From positions 180,052 to 244,051 of the forward strand of contig JAAOMT010000183.1 of NCBI GenBank assembly GCA_016748015.1: a DNA stretch of 64,000 nucleotides, written 5' to 3'. The translations under genes were made by a program, and so were the position numbers. This document shows, one piece after another, positions 12,665 to 24,967 of this stretch (the stretch's first letter is position 1; every line of letters begins with the position of its first letter). Under the pieces are notes generated by a model, which ran no database searches, was not told where the DNA came from, and worked only from the letters and a program-made list of their open reading frames with translations. The DNA is from Geosiphon pyriformis uo1 (lineage: Eukaryota > Fungi > Glomeromycota).

Positions 12665-15119
12665 TATAGGTTTTATAGTCCTTTTTATTCAAACTATATT
12701 TTAAATTAGTAAAAATACTTATTTTTCAAAAAAAAATGGAGTGTCTCTAGCATTTATAAAGAATTTCATACTCTACAGAATTTTGACTATTGTTCCAAGA
12801 AAATCAATAGATAACGCCGCCAAATCCATTGTTTCCAATGATCTCCAGCACAGATAAGGTGGCAGTGTCACCAAGAATGCATTTTTTGTAAATGGAAACG
12901 CCACAAACAGATTATGTCCGAGTTTTTTCGATTTCACAACTCAGTCATAAAGTAGCTTTTGATGGACGAATCAGGTAGTCTTTTAGATATTTTGCCATTG
13001 ATTGATGGGCTTTAAATTGTGAATTTTTCAAAAATGAAATCTACCCTATTTTACTGTTCTTGTTTCCTATCAATTTGGGATGGTTTTTCCTTTTATGTAT
13101 TAAGATTTAATTTAGGGATAAATTTTAATATAAAGCTTTATAAATTTGAAGATTCTTATGCCTTTCGAGCATTTAGAAAGAAGTTTAAAATTGGCTTTGA
13201 TAAATATTTTTCAATATGTTGTAAAAATAGGCTGTTTTAATTCAAATTAAATATGAAGATTGTGAAATCGATTCCAAATAATAATCTCAGTAGCTATTTA
13301 CTTTTTCCCTTGTGTGTGTAATAAGAAATGGTAATTTGAAAGTTATTTTGCTCCACATTATCTTGATAATTCTCTCGGTTATCAAAAAACTACATTTGAT
13401 ATAGCAAATTTAAAATTTTGGGACTTACGAAACAGATGTGTTTGATAGCACATACCAATTATTCCCTTTCTTTCATCCCAATATGTTTCATACATTTCGT
13501 TCTGTTTTTGTAACGACTAAAATTAAAGGTTGTTTAATTTGTTTCTCGATGCCCAAATTTTCACTAGGTTTCATACAAATTATCGAAATTGGTAACTGAG
13601 CCAATGGTTTGGATCTTATATGATATATACATTTTGATAGTTTTCTGAGTGGTCCAATCTTAAATATTTGAAATGGTAAAAAATTTAATAAATCTTGCAT
13701 GATTTTAATGAATTACGACTGAAATTGTATTAAAGTATTTGAAGCTTCAATTTACTTTTATATTTTTAAAATCAAGCTAATTAATGTGATTTGAAAATTT
13801 TTTATATATCATTAAATAATCAAAAAATTATCAATGTGGAATAAAAATAAGCATAATTCAGAAAGTGAATCAAAAAAAGTATAATTTTCATGAGTAAGGT
13901 AAAAATTTGTAATGCTGAATATTGAAAAAAAGCTTTAATTAAGTTTATACTAAAAATATTCAATTACAGATTACTGATTTATCTCTCATTTATAAATCAA
14001 ATTTGATAATTGTTAAAATATTTAAGTTTATTTTAAAAATTTTGGCCAAATTCTATTTTATTAAGATTAATAGATTGTTATAAATTTAATATGATTTTTT
14101 TACATTTACTGTTTTATAAAAAATTTTAATAATCAAGCAATTATTTTAATTTATTTACCAATAAATTAATTTAATATCCCAAATTAGAATTTAACTGACT
14201 TGATAATTTAATTTAATTTATTCTAAATCTATAATATTGAAACAATTGGTTTATAATTTAACTTTATGTACTTAATTAATATATTAGCAAAAAACATGAT
14301 TACAATTAAAATTAAATATTTTATTTTTATTATATTATTAAAAACTTGGTAACAAAATATAATATTGTAAAAGAAAAAGAAAGTAAATAAAAAATAACTT
14401 TCAATGATTAAATATATGTTTTATTCAAGTTTGATCAAATTTGGAAAAGGATAAAACTTAATTTGAGAAACTGGGACTGACATTATTTTAGATAAGTCTA
14501 AAAAAAATCTATAGTTGAATATAAAATGCAAATTGTTTATTTAAAGTTTTATTTTATATAAATTTTGTTTGATCGATTTAAAATAATAACTGCCCAGATC
14601 GTTATTCAAAAATAGTTTGTTTTGCAAAAATTTCATTCTCATTTAGTAATAACAAACATTTAAATATATACTAACCAACCATGTTAATTTTCTTCTTGAA
14701 CATATATAGCTTTGCTCAATGTTACCGTTCACAAAGTTTTATTATGAATTCTCAACTTTCTAATATTTTTTTATAGGGCCAATTTTGAAATCTGACATAA
14801 TTCGTTACCAAAAGCTTATTATCTTGATTCATATTTTCGACACACCATTAGCCCAAGGAAGGTGCCTTGTAAACCTCAAGCCTAAAGTTTCAACCCTTTG
14901 TCAAAGGCTCAAAACTTGAATCTCATGTATAGGGAGCTTGAGTGTAATGAAATTTTCCAAGACTTTCTCAAACGAATTTTTATTTTTAAATTTTTTAAAA
15001 AGATCAAATTGAATTTTTAGAAAAAATTATGTAGGAATGAAACACAAAATTAAAGCATTTATTTACCACCAAATATGTTGAATTTAATTTTTTGATTTGA
15101 TGATGAAATTTGAATTATA

Positions 15120-15734
15120 TGCGCTTTCAACTAACATTCGGTGGGTGTTCTTCCAAATACTTGAATTGCTTTTTTTTTACGATATTGCTTTCTGGTGCAT
15201 TAGAAACCCCAGCATTGCAGTTTATGGAATTCAAAAAATAATATTTAATACTTTTAATGTGCGTCCAGGCAACTTTTTCACAGCGTTTTCAATTATTTTT
15301 CCTAGCAAACTTTTTTTGTTTGTGGGGCTAAATTATTGGTAAAATTTTTATAGATAGCATTAAGAACACTCATGTTTTTCCATGTTATTCAATCAATTCT
15401 GGACCAAAATTTTCAGAAAATTTCCCTGTCAGCAATATGACGGGTGTTAAATTTTTCAAATGCCAATTGAGTTCACTATCTTGTTTTGATGTCCAGTTTT
15501 CAGCTTTGATAACGCATAGCGTGCTGGAAAATATTTTTCAACAATATGTTCCATATTAGACCATCGTATTCTTTCCTTTCCATTTCAAATTTTTTCTTCT
15601 GCGGAGACATTCTTATTATTGGCATCTCCTACACTCCGTTCATTTGCAGCATAGGAATGTGAAAAGTATTCGAGTGAAGTGGCTGAAATTCCAGGAGATC
15701 CTTTGGGATATCTGATATGGTTTAGTAAGATCAT
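15120..15734 (-). pseudogene. highly decayed Myb-repeat paralog (copy 4)
   Basis: ATG at 15734 (MILLNHIR...GISATSL, compare EIQATSL in copy 3). Fragments VEKYFPAR, ENWTSKQDSEL, LIE*HGKT*, TNNLAPQTKK, LPGRTL and GRTPTEC occur in the same order as in the other copies, with many deletions and frameshifts. Confidence 0.7.
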
Positions 15735-17139
15735 CTTTTAACTCGTGACTTGACAGCAGCAAGGTTCCCCAGATTTATTTGCAGGTTTAATAGTCTTAAA
15801 GTGGAGGAACTAAGCAAATAATATAACTCAACAATTGCAAAAATTTATTCTATCAGTGATAAATAGGAGCTGAATTACTGATTTTTGCATATCACATTCC
15901 TATTATGTCCAACTCCGATCAAGACTAAAATGATCCCCATTGGCTTTCACCTAGTATCCCCAACATTTTAAAATATCACTTTTTGAAGAAAATTTTCGAG
16001 TTTAAAAAATTAGAAATATAAATGGTGGAATATAAAATAAAGTCAGTACTCTCAGTTTGAGGCTCTATATTTTTATTTGGGTATCCCCCTTAAAAAAATA
16101 ATCAAGCTTTTGAGGTACTAAGAAATAAGCTTTATTTTTTTATAAAGTGAAAAGAGAATCTTGATTAAATAAATGATCTTTGATGTTTTGTACAATTGGA
16201 AATTTAGTCAAAATTCTCAATTGCATGAGCCAGATTCTTTTGTAAGTTTTTCTGGGTTTCAAATTTTTGTGTTACTTACATCCCTAAATGTTGTTCCCAA
16301 TTCCCAAAATTTGCACATAATTGGCATAAAACAGAGGTTTGTAGAATCCTGGTTAAGATATTCAAAGTTTAAAAATGACAGAAATCTAGATGTGCCTTTG
16401 TGTTTAAAGGGAAGTTTTGAACATGGATTGTGGTTAAAATTTTCTTAAAAGGCATTCAAATTGATGAGAATTTCAGACACGGATTCCATTTCAAGTTAAA
16501 TTATCTCATTGGATGCTCTTTAAATTTTAGAAGCGACCTAACTAATTTATGCATAAATATTTCTCGACGTATTCTTTGGTTAATTTTCTTTGGAACTTTT
16601 ATTATTCTCCCAATGATGTCAAATTAAAAAATTGAAGAACATTCAATGAATTGGCAAATAGCTTCAATTTCTTATTTGCAAAGCGATTTTCAGTATGCTT
16701 TAGGATTGCCAAAAACAATATTATTAACCTAGCCATTGCACAAAACCTTTGGTTAACAGTTGATTATTAATTTAAAATGTTCTTGGAATGTTCTGTCTGA
16801 AATCCATGTGAACTATTATTTCAGTTAATTTAAATTAATTGAACTTTTTGAAGTCTTAAAATTCCCAAAAAGATCAAAAATTAGACAGAATCCAAACCCG
16901 ATTGTCAATCACGGTGACCAAAATGACTCCACAATCGCCGTCAGCACCATCACTGAAGAGATTATGCTAAATGAGAATCAATCCAATAATTTCATTGGGT
17001 CAAACAAGTATATCATCTCATGCAGAGCCCCATAAAACATCCCTTGTTCTCATTCTCTTTTTTTCTTTCTTGCCCGTTATTTTTTTTTAAACGGAGCTAT
17101 AATATTTTTCCACCTACAATTTTTTCTTTGATTTATAAA

Positions 17140-17922
17140 ATGCAAGACAGATTTGTTGATGATTCTTCAGCGAAAGGTTAGTAGCTTGTTTGAAAAAACT
17201 TTTGTCATTGCTAGACAGTGAAAAAAGACCTGGTTTCAGGAAAGAGTACTAAAAAATTCACGACGGAAGCTCTTAGTAAGTCTTTGTTGCAGGAAAGCTT
17301 CAGGTTTATCACACAAAGGGTAAAAATTTGACAATAGGGAAAAATGTATACAATTCAAACAATATTTATGATGTTTTTACTGAAGGATTCTAGCATTTAA
17401 AACTTATAAAACAAGGCAGACAGCCCAAGTAAACATTTTGAAAGAGAGAAAACTAATTATTTTCCGAAATCTGAATGCTCTAAATATAAATAAACAGATT
17501 CGAAAACACAATTTGAAATAAAAGTCGAACTACCAGAAATACCATCCAAACTGGAACTCATAAAATTGAACGCTTCCATTATCGCTCAACAACTTTTAAC
17601 ACCTGAGGATTCTATTAGTGGCTCAGTTGCCACAACTCCTATACCATCAAGTGCTCCAACTATCGTAGAAGACCAAGAATCAACCGATGAACTTCCCAAA
17701 CGAAGCAAAAGAAAAAGTTCATTTCCCATTCGATCACCTGATCGATTGGAAGATGACCAAGCCTTTCTTGGGACATGTCTCGTATATGAAATCTACGCTA
17801 AGAATCCATTATTTCTGTTGGACTTACCCCAAACCAAGCCCAAAGGTGGAATTAAAACAAGACTACGATCATCGGCTGGAAATAAGAAAAGGGTAAGTTT
17901 CAAAATTTCTGACGTGAAATAA
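17140..17922 (+). CDS. small, probably disordered hypothetical protein with C-terminal KKRVSF motif
   Basis: ATG 17140, exon to 17176, GT-AG intron 17177-17497, then in frame into ORF 17566-17922. S/T/P-rich composition. Confidence 0.65.
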
Positions 17923-19390
17923 TGAGAAATTCTAAAGTAATGAAATTTTATATTTACAAACAGAGACTTTGATAGATTCGTGACCCTGTTGATAAATTTT
18001 TTGGAGTTTCGATATTTTTTGATGTGCAAACCATTTTTGTGAACAAAATTATTCAAAGTAGCTTTGCATTATTATTTGAAAAGAATTTTAGAACTGTGTA
18101 ATCAGTCTCATTGTGTACAGGATTTTTTTTGATACTAACAAAGCTAAAAACAATTATTAAATCACTCTCATTAGTCTAAGCTAAAATTTTGCTGAAATAT
18201 AATAAATTTCCAAAAAAAATGCTTTGGCCTAAATATTGTAATATAATTTGCAACTTTGTCAAGGAATTGACAAAAGAAATTTCCATGTACAATTCCCTTT
18301 CTCTCTAAAAGTGTTGAAAACTTTGAAATTTTTAGAATTCTAAATTTTAAAATCATTCCATAATTTCTATTCATTCATATTCCAAAACTCTTGGATCTTT
18401 AATGGGATTAAGTTACAGTTTGCCTAAAAAAAATAGCAAAGATCTAGTTTTTTTGGCTATGTTATCGAAATAAAATAGAGACAATTTTTCAACTGAAAAA
18501 AGCTGAAGTTAAAAAGAGCGGAAAAAATTGCAAATTCTTTTCTACCCAACCAAATTGAATAATTTAAAAACAATTAATATTTTTATATTTTTCAATTTCG
18601 GTTATTATCCTATGTGAATAATTATCTGTGAAAAATACTTACACTGGTCAGTTTTATAGCTTGCAAAAACTCGAATTTTTCAAATAAATTTGGAGAAATA
18701 GAGCTTCAAAGCAAAAAAACGTTTGGTTTTCTCAAATTCTTTTATCAGAATAAGTTTACAATGACTTTACAATTGGATTTGATTAGCTATGGTAGACAAA
18801 AAAAAATAGTTAAGGATATTTAAACATAGCTGTATCAATTCACATCTAACAAAGAAAATTTTCAACCTCAATTATCTGCATCATGCTTAATCTCAAACTC
18901 ATTCTTCGTTATTTTTATGTTTATTACATGGAAGAATTGTGAAAATAGGTAGGCCACATCAAAGAATGGTTCTTTTACTTTGTGAATGAATCTAAATGAA
19001 TGTAATGTTTGATTCTAAGTTAGGTTAGTTCGACTGAAAAATTAAAAATTTCTACCGGAAAAACATTTCCTCAAATTCACACACCCGTAAAAGACTTTAA
19101 CATCTATTTAATTTTAATTTTTTAAAATACAGAATATAGTTAGACTACGAATATTTTTATTAAAATTTCTATTTTTCGAATTTAAATAAAAATTTAGACA
19201 ATTTGTTTTATATTTGATAAAAGGTCATCTGAGGCTTTTTGAGTCAGGTTTGTATATTTGTATACATTTTTATTGGAAGATCCTACTTAATCTTGAACCT
19301 TAAGATACAAATATTAGTCTTGAGCAAAAGTTTCTAATAGAAAATTATGAAATCTGTTTTATTAAATGGACACAAATGACTAAGCAAATC

Positions 19391-19560
19391 AAATATTTAT
19401 CAATAACAATCAAAAACTCAAAAGTCATTTTGGTTTTTTAATCTCTCTACAATCTAAGCTTCTCTTGGTTGAATTGAACCTTTAGCCAAATCACTAAATA
19501 TTTATCAATAACAATCAAAAACTAAAAAATCATTTTGATTTTTTAATTTGAACCCTTAGC
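19391..19560. repeat. imperfect direct repeat of about 52 bp, two copies
   Basis: aaatatttatcaataacaatcaaaaact..aaa.tcattttg.ttttttaat at 19391 and 19496; ttgaacc(t/c)ttagc also occurs twice. Confidence 0.8.
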
Positions 19561-22269
19561 TTTCAAATATTATATGCTTAGTGACGACATACATTATCAA
19601 ATGGCAAAAAATTATGATCTCTAGGTCTATTTCAATGAAATTAGTGGAAAATTGAACATTAATATGCGAACAGTCTCTTCTTAAGGCGAAAATCAGCCAT
19701 CATAAATATCGTGTTAAATAGAATGATAAGCGATATCAGGTACCCCTACATTGTAATTTAACGACCATCTTTCCATTTCAACTTTGTCCGTTTGATTTGA
19801 CTAGCAAACTTTCTTACTCCATCTAAATGGAGGGAGTGATGCTTTGTATTGATCCATAATCAATAACAATTTTACCCATTTATTTTTGGATGTCAAAGTA
19901 CATATTTTGAGATGTATCTCAAATCCTTTTGACTACATAACAATTTTTATAAAACAACTAGGGTGTTAGTTCCCTCATTTAGGGTAAAAGCATGCACAAT
20001 GAGAAAGTTCTCAAGATATTGACTCATCGAAATGAAAAAATTTCTTACCTTCGGGAACTTGAAGCGATTAAATGGATATTAAAAAAAGAATAAAGTTCAA
20101 ATTAGCAGAGAAAATTGTTTGGCAGCTATAATTGGACTGTAACATTAGTAATAAGAAATTTCCCATGTTTTGTCGCCATCAAACTCCAAAGCTTGGCTAC
20201 CAAACCAAGAGTGCTTTAAAATAGTTGACAGAAATCAACCTCGGTTATGAAAAGGCCCGGATTGTCAGCTATAAAGAGGACAACTATAAGTCAAATAGAG
20301 AAAGTTGATCTTGGGTAAATTTATTAAAAGCTAGTTAAAAAATTTGCACATAATTTGAATGGCACTCAGTACAAGGATTAAATGAGAATTGAAGACAAAA
20401 TTTTGCCGATGATTGTATTTTAATTTACCAGCTTAATTTATGATAATATTAATTTTTTTTTTGACTGCAAGACTTTTTAAGTTAGGTATCAAAAACTTCT
20501 GAATGAAGCTTTGGATGTATTTTTTAAATATATTGAAGATAGGTTTTTTGTAACATATTTAACTTGATATTTTAATTTTTGATCTCATTAAAGAGAATGA
20601 GTTTTTTAAATGCTAAATTTTATTGTAATTATTTGGGTTGAATTGGATTAAAATGAGAAGAGTTTATTTTATAATTTTTTTAAAAATAATTTAACAATTC
20701 ATGCTTATTGTGAAATAAATAAACAAGTTTCCAAAGTTTTAATGTTCAGAGCTCAAAATTACTTCAAGTGAATAAATAACATTTAAAAGCATTTATATTC
20801 AAAATAGCTTTTCGACAATATTAAGTATTCATTTTTTAATTGATATCACAAATAAATGAAATTTTTAAGAAGAAAAGTTTTATAATAAATTAACATATAT
20901 AAAACTCAGACTTAATTTTATTTTTTATCTATTTTCTTGCTATTAACATTATTTAACTTAATTTATAATTCAGCAAATAATTTATTTTAAAAAAAATTAT
21001 TAAATTAATTGTTAATATTATTATTAATCTAATTAATTATTCTCTTTGATTATAAAATTTGTTAGTCGAACATATTTTCTGTAATAATACTTACTAAGAA
21101 ATTATTTTGAATTTTATGATAACCAAAAATTCATGTAATTTTAAAACTTGATTCTTTAATAATTACTTATCCAATATTTACAATATTTGTATTTATTTTC
21201 TTAAACAATTTTATTTTAACATTAATGAAAAAAAAATCATGTATCTATTGAACATTTATACATTGTTGCATATTAAATTAAGTAGTCACATATATAACAA
21301 AAATAAAAAAGCTGCAAGTTAATTATTATAATAATAATATATAAATTTAAATTTGTTACAACCTTTTTATTAAAAGTCTTAAGACTTTTATTAGTAGTTG
21401 TTATAACATTAAAACTATTCCTGGCGTGTCATTTGCGAGAAACTTTGACTGGAGAAAAACTTGCGGTCAAAGAAAAAGAAAAAGCTTCAAAAAACAACCG
21501 AAAACTGTTTTAAATCTGTATTATTTAAGAGAAAAGCTTCCAAAACATTTTTTTAACTGTTTTTACTACTGAAATAACCTTCCTAATTGTCGCTTTCTTT
21601 GATATAATAGCAGAAATAGTGGCTAGTAATTTTTTTGATATAATGCATTACTTTTAAAATAATATCTTATCTATTGAAGATATTTTATGCAGAAAAAATT
21701 ATGCTATTGAGAAAAATTAATTGGTGTATTAAAAAAATTTTGTGCATATTGAATTTTCATATCTTTTTAATATTATATTTTCTTAACACGATCTCTTAAT
21801 TTAAAAGTATTTATTGCTGAACAATTTGCTTTTTTTCGGCATAAATTGAATTTAAAATATTTAATAATTAATTAATATTGTTATAATTAATGATTTACAT
21901 AATTCATTTCTTTTTTAAAAATCAATTTCAAAATTATTTCTTGAAATGTGTGAAAAAAAACAATTTTTTACCAATAAAATTATCAAACTTAAAATAAAAT
22001 ATAAATTATGTTTATAAATAGAATTATTCACAATAAATCATGTACTTGATAAACCATTTTTTTAACTTTATTTCAAGAGTAATTTTTAAAAATTGTGAGT
22101 TACAATTAATTGTAATTCATTATAATACTTCCAAAAAGTTGGATAATTGCAAATAGTGACAGTTATTGTAAACGGTTGTAGTAATTGAGAAAAATTATGG
22201 AACTTTCAAATGAAATTTAGGTTGCAACCTTCAGAGTTACAACCCTTTAATCTTTAAACCACACTCATA

Positions 22270-23030
22270 GAATATGGCAATGAACATATACGGAATCAGC
22301 CAAGATTTAGAATAAAAGCCTCGAGCTTGGCGTCAAAATGGAAATTAAACTTTGAAGGGCTGATAGTTTCAAGTTAAAATTCTGTGATTGTAAGTGAAAA
22401 GAATTGATAAATTTGTCATTAAAAATATATATATATATTTTTTCGAAGAGCGGTAAATTACGAAAGAGGAAATACGTCAAAATATCTTCGCGTATATTGA
22501 TAATAGACGTTTTCATGCTTTGCAATTTGATCAGCTTATTAGAAATGTCGAAGCTTCCAAATCGAGTTCCTTAGATTCGTATGTATAAACTTTTTAGAAA
22601 AATTTTCGAATAAATTCGGATTTTCTTTTAAAAAACAAAAAGTATAGAGCAATCACAAACAACCTTGACAATTAATAATACGGTAGGAGCAAAATTTTAA
22701 TCACATTTATTCGAAAATTCAAAACAAAAGCCCCAATAACCATCTTGCACCTCACCGGAACAATATATTTTGGATTGTAATTCCTTCGTGGAGAACCGGA
22801 TTGGTATGCCAACTTTTGGTGATCAGAGTCCTGGAAACGTCAATAAAGTGCCGGCTGCTGCCATCGCTCTATCACCTACAGGAGAGGCTACTACAACTAC
22901 AAGCTCGGCTCCATCAATTAGTCCTTTGACACTAATTTAAAGACAATCAACATCAACTCTAACTTCTTTTCATGCCGTTGCAGCGCAGCTATCAAAATGT
23001 CACAAAGCTCTGAAAAAGAGAATCTCCGTA
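22270..23030 (+). pseudogene. decayed multi-exon gene remnant, family unknown
   Basis: GC-richer blocks bounded by GTAAGT/GTATGT donors and AG acceptors. They encode protein-like stretches (ITKEEIRQNIFAYIDNRRFHALQFDQLIRNVEAS; GMPTFGDQSPGNVNKVPAAAIALSPTGEATTTTSS) interrupted by stops. Confidence 0.3.
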
Positions 23031-24967
23031 AGTTCTCATGCTTTTTTCTTTGGAAAGAATATTTGACGTAGAGAATTTGAAGCTTAAATTTTTTTTCTAA
23101 ATCTTATAGCGAACTATATATTTCTATGAGATAGTTTAACTATTGGGGGGGGGGGGGTAATTATCTTTTTATGGGTGCTTTTCACTTATTCACCTTTTAT
23201 CCTTTTAAACCCCAGTGAGGGCTTTTTTTAACTACCATAAATCTAATATATTACCAACAAATACTAATCAATCAAGAACCACTTCCTAGAACCCTTCATA
23301 AAACCATGGAAATCACTAGACTAGAATCTAACCGAATTAGCGACCTGAAAACCCTCGATATCCAAATTTGTAATTTTTGCCACCGACTGAATCTCTTAAA
23401 TCTCGTATGAAAGCCCTTTGGGGAGTTCTACTGTCGCTTACATGAAACGGTATCCAGTTTGCTGGGAATTGTGGTATCAAGTCTGTTAAACAAAAGTATA
23501 TAAAATCTAATTTTATTATGATATTTTCTTAATTGTAAGATCTTAAATTAAATCGTTTTAAAAATTAATTTAGTTGACAACAATAATAATAATAACAACT
23601 TATAATTATTGATTAATTAAAAAAAACATATCAACATTTGTGATATTTATTAAAATATGTTTCAAAAGAAAGAAATGTGATCATCCAAAACTATTGCCCC
23701 TTTAGTCAAAGAATCTTTTTAATCATAAACAAATGTTTTAATTTAGACGTGAAAGGATAATATATGCTATAATGAATCAAGATTATGTTAGTAATCACAA
23801 ATTTCCTAGTCATTTCAAGCTCAGAACAAGTTATATTACCTCTCTTCTTGATATCATGATGAATCTTGAGTATGGAAGCCATTTTATTTTTCTCGATTGG
23901 GTTTTCATCTTTTTTGAAAGTCTTACAAAGATGAGATTTTCACCTCAGAATTAACGCCAAAAGGCGGCACCTGATGAGAAAAAAGTTCTAAGAAATATAT
24001 TTTGAAATTCCAACTTTAAAAATATATCTAATTCCCCAAATAGATAAGTAATTGTCCATGAGCCTTAGAAGATGAGAATTAAATTTTTTTTTACCTAGAT
24101 CAAAAATGTTTTGAAAAAAAGGTTAGTACAATGCAAAAAGATTTCACAAGAAATTTTTCTTGATTTAATTAAGAAAAAGACCTTGAAACTGATGTTGTAA
24201 TTAATTGCGTTAATAGCATTTAATGTCAGGTTGAAGACAAAAGGAGGGCATAACAATTATTAATTAGGCATTTTTTAAAAAACTATCACACCATTATCTG
24301 TATATTTATTTGATTTATATTTATTTAACTTTGATACTTAAATATCCAAAAAAGCTCTGCTCGTTCCTATTAAATATCACTCCAATTTATTCAATCACCC
24401 AACACTCGAGAATGGGAGTTCACTAATATGGAGACGCGCGGGTCACAAAGCTTTCCATAAACACTATCTTCATCTTTAAAATGGAGACAGCGAGCAGCTT
24501 ATGACAGCACACAGCAAGCGACGACTCTCAGAAACTTTCAAATGAATCTTACTAGCAATGTGCATCCCAAAATCCTCAGAAACAGTTCTTGAAGCGATGA
24601 ATGGCTTGAAAGATTTGCCTTTAATAGGATATTGCGTAGGAACAGAAGGCTGAACCTATTGCGCTTTAACAAAAACGACATATTTTTTGATGATTCGGCT
24701 ATCTGGAGCGAACCAGCCGTCATCTGTCTCAGCACGCTCTTAAGTTCGGCGCATACAGCACAAGGTGAAATTATTAGACGTATAATTTTTTATGATAAAA
24801 CATGATTCAAAAAATTGTTTTATAATGACTTTTTACAAATAGTGTAATTACAAATAAATAATGTTTATTTTACAATGAACATGCTAGGTTACCAGCACCC
24901 ATAAGAATTTTTAGGTTATAGTGAATAAGAGTGGATGAGAAACTAGCTACTTTTAGGGAGAAATGTT

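Noticed and set aside
257-15400. RIP-like mutation suggested by TGG-to-TAG/TGA and CAA-to-TAA stops in the Myb pseudogenes
   Set aside because: Transitions at Trp and Gln codons are the commonest route to stops in any AT-biased genome, the contexts are mixed, and the copies also carry indels. There is no specific RIP signature without a computed dinucleotide analysis.
19391-19560. CRISPR-like repeat-spacer arrangement
   Set aside because: Only two imperfect copies in a eukaryotic context with no cas genes; a simple local duplication explains it.
21371-21390. Perfect 20-bp palindrome taaaagtcttaagactttta, and a 10-bp inverted repeat near 34062-34089
   Set aside because: Short AT-rich inverted repeats are expected by chance here, and no element ends or target-site duplications are evident.
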